In this document: piece by piece, positions 15,001-21,437 of the stretch | How the letters are laid out: each line of letters begins with the position of its first letter | Numbering within the stretch: position 1 is the first letter of the stretch | From: Myxococcota bacterium | Lineage (GTDB): Bacteria > Myxococcota_A > SURF-8 | Length of the DNA: 64,000 nucleotides | Assembly (NCBI GenBank): GCA_963674735.2 | Contig: CAXXQS010000002.1 | Coordinates: forward strand, 1,408,001 to 1,472,000 | Direction: 5' to 3' | Made by a program: the position numbers and the translations under genes | Notes under the pieces: model-generated | What the model saw: the letters and a program-made list of their open reading frames with translations, nothing else | What the model was told of the DNA's origin: nothing | Databases searched by the model: none

Positions 15001-18000
15001 GTACACCTCCTATGATGTCCAGTTGGGTTGGAGCGGCTATGATGAGACGGTGCAGCTTTGGGATGGTCGCCCCGGTATTACGCACTACAGCTACCTCCTG
15101 AGCACCAACGACAGCGCCGATGCCGGACAGGTTACGACCAATACGCCGCCTGCGCCGACGAGTAAGTCCTACACCTTGCCGAATGATGGTGTGTATTACT
15201 TCTACGTTCGTGGGCGTAATGAAGCGACGATCTGGGGTCCGCAGGACATCTTCACGATCCGTGTTGATAAATCGGCCCCGCTCAAACCTGAGATCACCAA
15301 TGCTTCGCACGACGAAGACAAGTGGTACTCGTCGCGTCATCCGAGCTTTGGGTGGATTGCGTATGATTACGATCCGGACGATCCGAGCGTCGATCCCGAC
15401 AACCATCCGCCGATCAGCAATTATTGCTACATGATCGACGACCGGCTGCCGTCGGATACCGTATGGAATAACGAAACGTACTGCACCAACAACGGAACGG
15501 TTGCCAACGTAACGGTTCATACGGTGACAGGCGATGGCTTGGGTGACGGTACGTGGTACTTCCATGTCGTGGCCCAGAATGCGGCGGGTCTGTGGGGACC
15601 CTTCGAGCATCACAAGATTCAGATCGATGGGACCGTTCCTTCGCCTGCCGATGCCGGGTTTAGTTCTCCGACTCATCCGGATAGCGATAACGCAACCGAC
15701 CCGGCCCCCGATTTCTGGTACAACGAGACCGGCTTCGGGATTTACTGGGCGACCAAAGACACCGCCCCGATCGTTGAATACTCGGTCGGTGTTTCCAATA
15801 ACCCGAGCTATTCCCCTTCGACGACATCCGCTCAGGTTTACAACCCTGTCGCTCGTGCGGAATGTCCGGATTATAACGGACCGGACGGGACACCGGATGG
15901 CGTGGTCGACAGCTATGACGCCTGCATGATGTTCCCGAAGAATTCCGCCGACTGGCCCTACGATATCACGCAGGGTGGGGCGACGGCGGCCGAAGGGAAC
16001 TGGTATTTCCGCGTGAAAGTACGTAACGCTTCCATTGGTGGACAGCCGATGTGGAACACCGATCCTATCGGATTCGATTTCAAAGTCGATACAACTGCTC
16101 CGCCTTTGGAAAACGTTGTCATCGATTCCACTTCACATGTCAGTGGGCAGCCGAACGGTTCGACCAATGCCCAGTTCTCGTGGACGGCGACGGAAGAAAG
16201 CGGCCAGTCCGACATCCGGGATTACTGCATCAAGTTGCATAAAGCCGCGGATGTGGGGAACTACAACGACTGTGACTGCACTGGTCAAGAAACGAACGGA
16301 ACCCTGGCCAACGGCAGCATCGTAACCACGGACGTCAGTAAGGTATACAATCTGGAAGTGCTTTACCCGGCTGATCCCGATGGTCATTATTACTTCACGG
16401 TGCGGGCTCGTAATACGTCGCAGACGACTGAGGGGTCGCATACTCTGTGGAGTGAAGCCCAGCGCTTCCATCTGTGGGTCTTCTCGGCCGGTGCGTCGAC
16501 CCCGGTTATTTACGCCGAGAATCATTCTCCCTCGACTACGTGGTTCTGGGACGAGGATAACAATAAGAACCAGCTGCGCTTCGAGATCGAATCGACGGCA
16601 CCTGCGGGCATTGGTATTCGTGCCTATCGTTACCTGGTCGCTCTCGATAAGAACTTCGAAGATGGGGATGAAGGCGGCTTCAATCCCAACAACTACAGCT
16701 GGATCGAATGGCCGGCCACTCAAGCCGAGCAAGATGCGGCCTGTGACGCCGGTGGTCTGACGGGACATCCTGAGTTCGCCGAAGTATCCTACGGCGTCAA
16801 ACAGGAAGGTGAGTACTGGCTGCACGCCGCTGCCAAGGCTTGTGGTGATGCTCAGGATTGGAACTACAATCACCGTAAAGCCCGTGTGGATAGTTCGGCT
16901 CCTGAGGTTCAGACGCTTTCGTTGAGTGACGACTTTACCGCCGTTGTCGGGGGTAATGGTTGGTGTCAACGCGCTGATGTCGAAGGCGAGACGAACCCCT
17001 GCCGTAATCCGAAATTCGTCTTCCGTTCCAAGGATACCGGAACGGTTTGGAACGGTAGTGCATGGGAGCTTATCGAAGCGGGTCGTATTCTCGGATACAG
17101 CTACAAGTTCAACAGCGTTGCTCCACCGGCCGATATCGATTGCGATGATTGTGCCGGCACATCGGATCCGACCGCTTGTGAAGCGGCGTGTCCGGATACG
17201 ACCATCCAATCGGTTTCCGGAACCGGTGCCTGTCCGACCGGAACGGATGGGACTTGCAAGTACGTACAGTATCAGGGTATCTCGAACGGTATCTACTGGT
17301 TCCATGTGCGTGCGCGTAGTAACACCAAGGATATTTCGGGTGTCCCGAATCGCGATTGGGGTGACACGGAACACATCCAGATCAAAGTGGATATTCCGCC
17401 GCCGGGCTCCATGCGAATTGATGGTGGGTTTGGTGTCGGGGGTATGGATCCGACTTCCGGAGGTTACTTCGGAGATGAGGTCTTCCACTACGTGCAAATC
17501 AGTCCTTACTATATCATGCAGCACGAAGTTACGGTTGCTCAGTACAAGGACTGTCTCGAAAACTTCTCAGAGGTTCGCGACACTCTGAATAATACGATCA
17601 GTTGTTTGCCGGGTGAAGATACCGAGCAGTGTGCGTCGGATTACACGGGCTACGTCTACTCGTGGGAAACGCTTGAATGTTACGTGCACGACAGCGGTGA
17701 TCCCAACCTGGGTCGGGCTTGTCCGGGCGGCAGCTATTGTTCGCCGACAACCAGCACATGTGTGACCGGTTGCGATCCGTATTCCGACTCCGGATTCAGC
17801 AACCCGCAAAGCACGAGTTCGTCGACCGGGCGTAATTATTTCGACAGCCGGTCGGGTGCTTACGACGACTATCCGGTTATCTACGTGTCCTGGTACCAGG
17901 CGCAACAGTACTGTATTTCACAGGAAATGCGCCTGCCCACGGAACATGAGTGGGATCTTGCGGCGCGTGGTGACTTGAACCTGACCGCCGACGACTACAA

Positions 18001-18625
18001 CCGTTGGCCGTGGCGCCACTACTGCATCCTGGATCAGTACGATAACTGTATTGGTGATGTGGAGCCCGACAATGATACGTTCTGGTTCCCGAGCTCGTCG
18101 TGGCCGGATTGGCCGGAAGTAGATGGCAAGCCGTTGAACTATGCCGGACTGGGCTTGGGTGATACCACTCCATCCAACATCGGGAATGCCGATCCGGTTC
18201 TGTGCTTCTTCTCGGGTGATAATCATACCGCCTCGGAATTCCCGGAAATCGGTGTGAATATCACTACTTCCAACGGTGCGCAGCTGGCCTGGAGTGGCGG
18301 TGAGATTTGCGATATGGCCGGTAATGTGTCTGAGTGGGTGGTGGATTGGTACAGCCCCTACTTGGTGCAGAACAGTCCGATCGGCCGCACGCCTGACAAT
18401 CCGTGGGTTGATCCGGTGGTCGGTGATGTGACGGAATGTAAACTGCGTTGCACTGGTGACGGCAACTGCATCACGGCTTGTTCGGACAAGGTTGCTCGAG
18501 GTGGTAGCTTCGCTTCTTCCTGGCGTTACACGCGTGTCGGGTACCGTGACACTGCCGACCCGATGATCGGTCAAAGCCATATCGGTTTCCGTTGTGCGGC
18601 GCCGTCGGCGATGACAGCCGAATAA
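2..18625 (+). CDS. Giant multidomain extracellular/surface protein (>6207 aa, 5'-truncated): Ig/FN3-like repeats, two LamG/DUF1080-like domains, two CBM4/9-like domains, IgGFc-binding-like region, C-terminal FGE-sulfatase (SUMF1)/CLec-fold domain
   Basis: Uninterrupted 18.6-kb ORF, open at the window edge. Recurrent Ig/FN3 motifs (DG.xTVY.x.RD.xGN, W.F.V.A.D.AGN, IDTxPP). LamG-like GLxxR..YY..WYxLKVVAxG..FDNFxV occurs twice (~740-1240, ~7750-8270) and NGGFE twice (~1466, ~8519). C-terminal HEVTVAQY..PVIYVSW..RLPTEHEW..DMAGNVSEWV..RGGSF..GFRC (~17400-18600). Confidence 0.9.
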   Translation: MTSYYPDTMHGPGTASQVVTFDRTQPKPVVATIGVRPDTDPDSGQTLNRMVVGYEHGGVFIEAEDAFNVATSTATLGTSSVDNGDDYTASGGSFMELSAAGSALEFKFYAEKTARYYLHTLGYAIGGGDDEFYVHLDGSGSALGDSAIDPPDGKPGYGWSSGYSLGTQNLEQGWHTVTLKKKHPAKIDAVWISQTRLTDPADRRLLSFNHGEFQKVTRSSTLASGYVPIEGVEDGFGRTDLGVGSDYVSFIGSGETWGITNGEAHDDKNQNLATAILTSDSYDHFTAEVDTRILSTSNGGAGLVVRQAGGSYYIFQILFQSGGKVILNRDNQYPAAPFKEKTVALSAGDWYRLKVVARGAELKFYVNDAMQFNVFDDTVSSVADFSGRVGLYSHPRTGTGNHYAYFDNFRVLPFSTPGGVVDNDAVDLGAPTTPTALAGNPTTPPVGATNETELTVRWNAANDTTNTDTYYYVTEMVDLEGNEENLLGNGGFELGDAGWTNSSPAQNPILESGWASGETYEGDWAASFAASGTISYVVSSVSIPNGGQQFFASGMLSAISSGLEVQVWARTTGTTGWNEAQHKIFGEGLTDFTGKWTEVGRGFRIANTSGSARNYDLMFRLSNSGSVGLADDLKIVKGQQGTIYTGVGGYDVWWLPEGLTEVVGGKRQPVSGVTAEEIGVTALASTYTIPQNAQNEYQDGNWYAFTQTFDRAGATPNRSAEWLAFGPFEVDTRDPVVTLGDPRIMVDNGSGTLVDSDFTHTPNVFLHFRVEDLSAYMVKDDSQITEGEADPASTQWIVPSLADCTKQTSGTTDIWTCDIPHTLSGTDQDDYTVYMRFMDDVGNVTDNYSDTITHDSEGPDPVSLTIGEDVDGTFSELEFTNRLENIGGVWKALADLDLQATDNWPPITMDLSNTNGSWPNSWQSLSSPYLEWELDVSSTTTPVEETVSVYARFRDGSGIEQNQSSASDSIKFDTRGPQVCNLEFMSGTNDNGTLRSNTKSVAVRLVVEDWWSPWKYALSRTTSTGTITEIFTSPLDTSWDLVPSTDNTLYDEQKSVYLKCWDGGDNHDATNSVDQKSIVYDNRPPKARYVQAWPQVEYPTGNLYTASRDIDIRLVVEDSNITGNAWLEHWFPVQVRLSNDGVFDGQDDLGGTFVEHAEELTWYSLGNPYSYDGSSQLIPLTVPTTWRLTNGDDTKTVYMNLKDGGGNEWSVVGTLPTDTIKLDTAGPTGEMDVEDLDGYINTENGQVRIILSNVVEQWHQVQMQVRHEHRTSGGAIDYSGDWTWEKVCSSAQKTSDGWCPVNYDFNTWQLGKDVDGTWTVLQGDWTVYVRLRDGGKNINVIGSETVYHSTEAPECSLVINGGAEWTNDPNVDLLVTNVCDSGTDDCESVGKTPVSYTAKNVPGDYSGPYWDFTNPSTTKVDWPILTDRPDQTDGEKIVYAYCKNAANNISSAALSSIKLDTYAPVPPTTSGTPQSPTPDRAYCNNDPAPTWTWNAWSDNSGSTIGSSGIDYYVVYWGTTAFSSCAGCSDTVDADTRASSYQYTNAVDDMTDTVGGTTWYFWVKAFDKAGNESEVTSGSGSIVIDTIPPSLASAWMTIFDDNRAWYNKYYPLTVRLDGVVGAYQMLVDSEHDPTQPLNLYPDDVSGSAPWVGYNQIISFIRIEPDGEDEHRWISMVFRDRAGNVTNTYIADDIGIDVSKPVWSGAPTCGTSPTNDNTPTCDWTGLVEDTVSGFHDSAPFVLRWEKGSKSITVTTTDFTYSLSDIPAGTGLGDGEWTMWVTAYDKANNNEASSQVTFTVDTEPPAGELTITDAVSYDGHETIYTRFADVDLSIPLTSEGSGFDPADYQMKLWNAGESAPAYAAYEDTKSDWPLFDSATAGEKTIQVCFSDLANNESECPPVLANTPDHIATIYYDPTPPPAVTALAADDTFASPDGPSTADRTPSWSWSWSNDDATGASGGRVINRYRLEWKKVDRNDDNVILEGPFPTASEDPMFTDGTSFQHVDELSKGKWIMTAWVYDNAGNESAAETATVFIEAISIPARPIVTRGALYPLNSGMAAAYLTLDVDSENPINTLYSVYEETTGKYLKADGTLSGDEVGPESGDPSVPSIWRTINEWNPAGQPPFIIRGLENGKVYRFKAKAFYTGLNSSDFGEAMPFVPGDHIATKAANLAATTVNHANGYPDHVELSWNFDWNAFSQAATVYDAPLDAGYEQFVVNQDLATGGVTVVSYADNNQVTDGVTSVILNRGDSIVLPDASVTPAYTLEPKTKIVGSGPFTAKGNGPDVGGMLVPGAYADTAFASIAARNSDVVITVLALEEGTDIGVYENNGVLKDSANLGRDDFYRFDNLGLGKDSTVSVLGNKPFLAYYTATGSAADDFYPMPPLATELYGVPSSSFRLACPTAGTTGTIYKSDGSSTPFSCGPTSSVSDTGASLGAGPAYRVVSDNYPIAGLGYADSSGGEGESLIPKRFMGNAFTVAEGTIYVALALQEQGATVTVYDQDGNDRGLTPTATESSCSGCPGYALLGAVNAGDLIVTSSAAMAYYDSASGGYETGIAAWPMWTNTIQRADGSGDGMLTSMGGWFDDFSTASMSNYSSAFSSGFAIGGGQLVDNISGNKLGLVYDANSGSDYIVEADVFNGDGPDSGLVGLLFRYASASDYYLFGISSESGVQGARLLLRQNGVASSAEASLVDLPLQLESNRWYHLKVVAKGKRFRCYVGDYLVIDHFDKNALASGKTGVFSGENSAQVVFDNFSVAPISDAAAYAADDAHDVMPPNAVDEGNLGITSGQTQSDPPTTISWYNDPVVGLSWNTPSDVATDYTFVQDVADPDGNFNNGFENGGFELAISADNWGNEDSDCSDGKCHLRTLDLDGNPASFAGSSNYAWRVKTDGNVPIPVMVQQAPDLSATNTSFLFEFAYRCVEATGSNGWQFYFANNAQSVFLRPSGTAVLASGERLAKDMSNFTCDADEEGVFRAVLSRNASVDDFQFFLVEHPAAGAQEILLDNLRLRKVEQTSVVSGLDGYAFVCGTDTVNNWTKNKEETVTSANCDFSASQGGNNFIHLRTVDNRGNWDEEEDVVTLGPFYIDIEAPDAPGEPDTERDPMNEPRPTWSWTRPADNPALDASGLDAAHTYTVYWSLDPNADEATLRSADQYDEITDMPDTRPGYADHSIYTIPETKPGLTHTSGESATWHFWVYAIDKAGNVSDRSVGSVEIDLMGCEMPDTDAVVLEDGAEYTPNQAAKVVVASSGTSCYWIGLSNTPVMPDYEDFSASDGSGRWFDLRTLTPADTVLNWDLDTGLTNTDDGMRTVYVWVRDTAYNVEGPKSDSTYLDRIKPSTPGKPIATSEPVNPSDPWPEINPNSDTTPLWRWVASTDNLSGIRDVNGYELQWDTDVNFSSPVSQLLDPEELRDIQGVSNSIYNHPSEEAKQLSYDPYSLVNKTWYMRVRSFDNVDHASDWSEPIGSITAQVTIDITWPEAAFTIDDGAEITSNRRVTLDVTNATDLWQPITFAVANTDNPLSFDYTYPANAEITNWDLTSSLPDYGTPGFDPPDGEYEVYMRFRDGGLTPTPQDVLESTKQVIILDTHGPDCNGDDDSGLIAARYHESGYGLEMFWDEPSDPYSAVDHVYLEVSVNGGTYTTPSTVPSGNLAADSTGYYDYGLAQGSSYQYRYKCYDDLGNSSDFVYSEVLVPSDTTAPATPVNFTWRSEIDTPSSNPDVQGSVKLSLIWENVTDVDLSHYNVYGSMVPTDLTNRLVAAGCGLSMGSGAVTSPCSLAVDGNGTTYFELDQPGYDMAEWLLDSSEHLGKVRVRFYDDDNRIFKREQIRMYTGVSDFIRLSPDGLLEDIVDGFAWRADRSQMSFPVPYDAGSALRVAALFDGITEAQISSTDDKVRIVEIEAFGSRLNISDIQPASDGGDPDYPDTKFEWTVTGMEEWHFAVDSVDTANNASEHSNPIVSIQAIDSSPPYAPVISAAKFGEPSETVAEGTWYGFDDVTFGWTSSDKEGTPIVNYRWYFDAPGAECTSGNYDTNGNCHGLTISYDQMDIPDCVSSVQPWRFYVQAQNDVGLWSAWSYFEISIETREPLVLNLTAPDFDDLPVVTPPYSNDTWENNDAPFFVWATDPDTVSGIQGYVWEFIPEPSVGYDPTTWTPADPNNIESYSANPLREDFTAVADGRHWFHIQAVSIAGVVGPASHYLVKIDTAPKYLDILLVDQQTTESVWYSYDSVDEIRWHSQALSGIHSFTWQFDQTPGSAFSSFGAEAESVSVLGSEDVEEVESAYDLPWDVSDNPSTFPDSGVWTFHLQATANSGATSNVLHRDIQVDLGPTTPVFNGTLSSESPDDTADPSDELWINESQPVTVWNVSSLSGIEKVLVLVTQDAGEVPTESTPGVVVINDADDGVADGIVANTYQTPVIPSGIWYVIVRAQNRAVPAVWSQAAAREYNVDTGPTLPEVTADPHADESVWYAEALDETTLSFWAAAFSGVSKFQYTWGRDETLPTTPTWTDIAVDGGDIDATWTAGPDSPEPLDLPRYKQTLDRSDLTPGIWYLHVRAVNGISVPGQVKRFSIHMNEEARIEDVSVGLDPVKTDASETQVTTVEIYDYNTAANIKKVHLAIDALNYDSNPTGDAVKRGYFTWSPTEGFTKLAGNGGDHVLLSGSVVDPKPTDADYNTATTLVVQFKWLLLSTYGDTQANQVKVIVEDYTEPPTPASGWNTSAPTFDSNKQVPETDHVSPLSGVWWQPENYTYNDSDDDWGRPNLKVEEVDDPNMHDVVSYLFSISTQPDGVSGTLGEQLFESGWFIPETGDYDLSGNIQWQVEGPAENYLRLSTAYYYWISRTRDNHGWENDCNDPFNPANGCEPWLLKVDATKPVITSLTASPQNDPEQWSNDDTPRLTWSAATVSPAQIDGFSWSVPFSNTSYTDHAAQTPDVDRLKDEGSATTAITLNPLSDGISVFHIRTVSLAGRWGDDETKVLRIDTSPPIKPTTYSSTHPNGHAEDPETWYTSYDVQLGWSGYDETVQLWDGRPGITHYSYLLSTNDSADAGQVTTNTPPAPTSKSYTLPNDGVYYFYVRGRNEATIWGPQDIFTIRVDKSAPLKPEITNASHDEDKWYSSRHPSFGWIAYDYDPDDPSVDPDNHPPISNYCYMIDDRLPSDTVWNNETYCTNNGTVANVTVHTVTGDGLGDGTWYFHVVAQNAAGLWGPFEHHKIQIDGTVPSPADAGFSSPTHPDSDNATDPAPDFWYNETGFGIYWATKDTAPIVEYSVGVSNNPSYSPSTTSAQVYNPVARAECPDYNGPDGTPDGVVDSYDACMMFPKNSADWPYDITQGGATAAEGNWYFRVKVRNASIGGQPMWNTDPIGFDFKVDTTAPPLENVVIDSTSHVSGQPNGSTNAQFSWTATEESGQSDIRDYCIKLHKAADVGNYNDCDCTGQETNGTLANGSIVTTDVSKVYNLEVLYPADPDGHYYFTVRARNTSQTTEGSHTLWSEAQRFHLWVFSAGASTPVIYAENHSPSTTWFWDEDNNKNQLRFEIESTAPAGIGIRAYRYLVALDKNFEDGDEGGFNPNNYSWIEWPATQAEQDAACDAGGLTGHPEFAEVSYGVKQEGEYWLHAAAKACGDAQDWNYNHRKARVDSSAPEVQTLSLSDDFTAVVGGNGWCQRADVEGETNPCRNPKFVFRSKDTGTVWNGSAWELIEAGRILGYSYKFNSVAPPADIDCDDCAGTSDPTACEAACPDTTIQSVSGTGACPTGTDGTCKYVQYQGISNGIYWFHVRARSNTKDISGVPNRDWGDTEHIQIKVDIPPPGSMRIDGGFGVGGMDPTSGGYFGDEVFHYVQISPYYIMQHEVTVAQYKDCLENFSEVRDTLNNTISCLPGEDTEQCASDYTGYVYSWETLECYVHDSGDPNLGRACPGGSYCSPTTSTCVTGCDPYSDSGFSNPQSTSSSTGRNYFDSRSGAYDDYPVIYVSWYQAQQYCISQEMRLPTEHEWDLAARGDLNLTADDYNRWPWRHYCILDQYDNCIGDVEPDNDTFWFPSSSWPDWPEVDGKPLNYAGLGLGDTTPSNIGNADPVLCFFSGDNHTASEFPEIGVNITTSNGAQLAWSGGEICDMAGNVSEWVVDWYSPYLVQNSPIGRTPDNPWVDPVVGDVTECKLRCTGDGNCITACSDKVARGGSFASSWRYTRVGYRDTADPMIGQSHIGFRCAAPSAMTAE

Positions 18626-18651
18626 TTCGGGTTGCTTATCCGTGTTCATCT

Positions 18652-18683
18652 AGAGGGTGCCTTTCGGGGCACCCTCTTTTTTT
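18652..18683 (+). terminator. Rho-independent terminator after the giant gene
   Basis: AGAGGGTGCC-TTTCGG-GGCACCCTCT: perfect 10-bp stem followed by a T-tract, 26 nt after the stop. Confidence 0.9.
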
Positions 18684-18764
18684 AAACCGGATACAGTCGG
18701 ACATGGCCTGGAAGCGCGGTTTCTGCTAAGCTGGTTTCAGGGAAATGATCAAATGGAGTCGAAC

Positions 18765-20054
18765 ATGAAAGTGCGACGCGGATTGGTTTGGATGCCGGTG
18801 TTGTTTCTCACCTTCTTCCTCGGCTGTATTGTCGGGTCCGGTCAATGGATGAGCGCGTGGGCCGCCGGTGACGTTTATGGGAAGCTCGACATCTTTGCCA
18901 AAGTTCTTCACTACGTTGAGACGAACTATGTCGATGACGTCAACCCCGACGATCTGATTTACGGTGCAATCAAGGGAATGCTCGATGAATTGGATCCTCA
19001 CACCATGTTTATGCCGCCGGATGTCTATCGGGAGATGAAAATCGACACCACTGGAGAATTTCAAGGCATCGGTTTGGTGGCTGAGCAACGTGATACTCGG
19101 CTGGTTGTGGTCAAACCGATCGAAGGATCTCCGGCTTTTGATGCGGGGATTATGGCGGACGATATCATCATTGAAATCAATGGGGTGACGACTGAGGGCT
19201 TATCGCTCAAAGAGGCGGTAGCTTTGATGCGCGGACCGGAAGGCACAACCATCCGATTGATTCTCGAACGGCCATCGGATTCACAGAGGCGGAACGTCAC
19301 GTTAATTCGCGGTCGCATTCGTGTAAGTAATGTGAAGTACGAGTTGATGCAAGATGGAATCGGCTACATGAAGGTCGCCTCGTTTCAGAGCCGCACAGCG
19401 GCCCAGATGGTGGCCGCCATGAAAAAATTGGTTGTCGCCTCCAGGGGTAAATTGCGAGGGTTGATTTTGGATCTGCGGGATAATCCGGGTGGGTTGATGA
19501 GTGAGGCGATTCGGGTTGTGGATGAATTCATCGGCAGTGGGCCGATTGTTTCCACCGAAGGTCGCAACGGCAACCATGTCGAGACGGAAATCGCACATCC
19601 AAACGGTGCCTACCTGACAGGACGGCTGGCGGTTCTGATCAATGCCGGATCGGCTTCAGCTGCGGAAATCGTGGCTGGCGCGTTGCAAGATACGAATCGG
19701 GCTTTGGTTATCGGAGAAAGAAGCTTTGGTAAGGGTTCCGTACAGAACATTATCGAATTGGAAGATGGCAGCGGATTGAAGATCACCGTTGCACGGTATT
19801 TTACCCCCAAACGGCGTTCCATCGACGGTATTGGCGTGAAACCGGATGTGCAGGTGATTCAGCCTGAAAAGATTGCCCGACGCGCGGAGCTTGTGGCCAA
19901 CTCCGACGACCAATTGTCCCTGCCGATCCCCGAATTTTCGGATGATAATGGGATGAACTTGGTCCAGGCACTGGATACTCCATCGGGTATCAAGGAAGAC
20001 GATCACCAGATGCGGGCGGCCTATGCCTTCCTGAAACTTGGGAAACTACCTTGA
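18765..20054 (+). CDS. ctpA: Carboxy-terminal processing protease, peptidase S41 (CtpA/Prc-like) with PDZ domain
   Basis: LDPHT, GEFQGIG (PDZ), LDLRDNPGG, SASAAEIVAGALQD, SFGKGSVQ motifs. N-terminal signal/TM. Start placed at ATG 18765, with GGAG at 18755-58. Confidence 0.9.
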   Translation: MKVRRGLVWMPVLFLTFFLGCIVGSGQWMSAWAAGDVYGKLDIFAKVLHYVETNYVDDVNPDDLIYGAIKGMLDELDPHTMFMPPDVYREMKIDTTGEFQGIGLVAEQRDTRLVVVKPIEGSPAFDAGIMADDIIIEINGVTTEGLSLKEAVALMRGPEGTTIRLILERPSDSQRRNVTLIRGRIRVSNVKYELMQDGIGYMKVASFQSRTAAQMVAAMKKLVVASRGKLRGLILDLRDNPGGLMSEAIRVVDEFIGSGPIVSTEGRNGNHVETEIAHPNGAYLTGRLAVLINAGSASAAEIVAGALQDTNRALVIGERSFGKGSVQNIIELEDGSGLKITVARYFTPKRRSIDGIGVKPDVQVIQPEKIARRAELVANSDDQLSLPIPEFSDDNGMNLVQALDTPSGIKEDDHQMRAAYAFLKLGKLP

Positions 20055-20425
20055 TCGAAAGGGGATGGGGTTGGGATACCCCTTGAAAGACGCAAATGCT
20101 TCAACCCGCTTGCAATCGAGCGGAGCAGTTCTTCGGTATCGATTTGATCCTTATCTTCCACCCATCCAAGACGTTGCCAGCGAGTGATAAGCTGTTGGAC
20201 TCGTTCGAGGTATTGATCGGCGTGTTCATAAAAAACGGCCTGATTCCAGTTTTCGCGTATCGTCAATTCATGGAAAAAGGAATAGGCATCAAGGGAGAGG
20301 TCATCCAACGAACAATCGCGTTTCCGGTTTGCTTTGTGGCTGATCAAATACGCCAGATTGACCCAACGCAGGGCGAGTCGAATGGTTTGCTCATTGTGGA
20401 AAAAGTGAAGATCGTTGTCCAACAT
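20021..20425 (-). CDS. Hypothetical protein (134 aa)
   Basis: Strong RBS (AAAGGAGG) before the ATG. Fills the gap between ctpA and tauE; 34-nt tail-to-tail overlap with ctpA. Confidence 0.6.
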   Translation of the reverse strand: MLDNDLHFFHNEQTIRLALRWVNLAYLISHKANRKRDCSLDDLSLDAYSFFHELTIRENWNQAVFYEHADQYLERVQQLITRWQRLGWVEDKDQIDTEELLRSIASGLKHLRLSRGIPTPSPFDQGSFPSFRKA

Positions 20426-20522
20426 ACCGGCCTCCTTTCATTTTATAAGTGACTCCGGGGGCGGGAAATCGATTAGAAAAATTACATTTATGTAGAAAAT
20501 CGATTGAAACGAGGGGAATGGC

Positions 20523-21437
20523 ATGCTGTTTGAGGTCTCAGGAGTCGAAGTTGCCTGGTGGATACCCCCTTTGGTGTCATTTGCAATTGCCTTGATTGTA
20601 TCGACGGGCGGATTGTCCGGTGCTTTCGCTTTGTTACCCTATCAGGTCAGTGTGTTGGGTTTCACAACTCCCGCCGTTACACCCACCAACCATCTTTACA
20701 ACGTTGTGGCGATTCCGGGCGGCGTTTATCGGTATTTTAAAGAAGGGCGGATGTTGTGGCCCTTGACGCTGGTGATTGTGGCTGGGACGCTACCGGGAGT
20801 GGCTGTCGGTTCCTGGGTGCGTATCCAATACATCGCCGATCCACGAGCATTCAAGCTCTTCATGGGAGTCGTGTTGCTGATGATCGGTGGCCGGATGCTG
20901 GTTGAAAACGTTCTGCTTCCATTGCTGCAAACGATGGGTTTTTTCAAGGTGGAAAAGAAAGAGGTGGAACCCGTTGAAATCACGTCGGTTGTCGTGGAAA
21001 TCTTCACCCTGAAACGGTTACAATATCGATTCGGTGGACGTTCCTATCATATCTCCGTTCCTTGGTTGTTCGGCTTGACAAGCTTTGTGGGCATACTTGG
21101 GGGGGCTTATGGTGTGGGAGGTGGCGCTTTGATTGCCCCCGTTTTGGTGGGCGTTTGGCGCTTACCGGTGTTTACGATTGCTGGAGCCACGCTCTTCGGT
21201 ACCTTGGTTACGTCCGTGTTTGCCGTCCTCTTTTTCACCCTGCTTGCGCCGCTCTATGGCAGCTTGCCGGTGTCGCCGGACTGGACATTGGGAATTCTGT
21301 TCGGATTGGGTGGATTATGCGGAACATACCTGGGGGCGCGGCTGCAGCGCTACCTTCCGCAGTCCGTCATCAAAAGCATCCTCGGTTTGGGACTGGGCGT
21401 GTTGTCTGCCCGTTATATTATCGGGTATTTCTTTTAG
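20523..21437 (+). CDS. Sulfite exporter TauE/SafE (TSUP) family membrane protein
   Basis: About 8 TM segments with two repeats GGLSGA / GAYGVGGGALIAP; G-x-Y-LGAR-Q motif; GAGGGG RBS. Confidence 0.85.
   Translation: MLFEVSGVEVAWWIPPLVSFAIALIVSTGGLSGAFALLPYQVSVLGFTTPAVTPTNHLYNVVAIPGGVYRYFKEGRMLWPLTLVIVAGTLPGVAVGSWVRIQYIADPRAFKLFMGVVLLMIGGRMLVENVLLPLLQTMGFFKVEKKEVEPVEITSVVVEIFTLKRLQYRFGGRSYHISVPWLFGLTSFVGILGGAYGVGGGALIAPVLVGVWRLPVFTIAGATLFGTLVTSVFAVLFFTLLAPLYGSLPVSPDWTLGILFGLGGLCGTYLGARLQRYLPQSVIKSILGLGLGVLSARYIIGYFF

Noticed and set aside
18490-18683. Complete diversity-generating retroelement at the FGE tip
   Set aside because: No template repeat, reverse transcriptase or Avd gene in the window. 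The downstream hairpin with T-tract is better explained as an intrinsic terminator.
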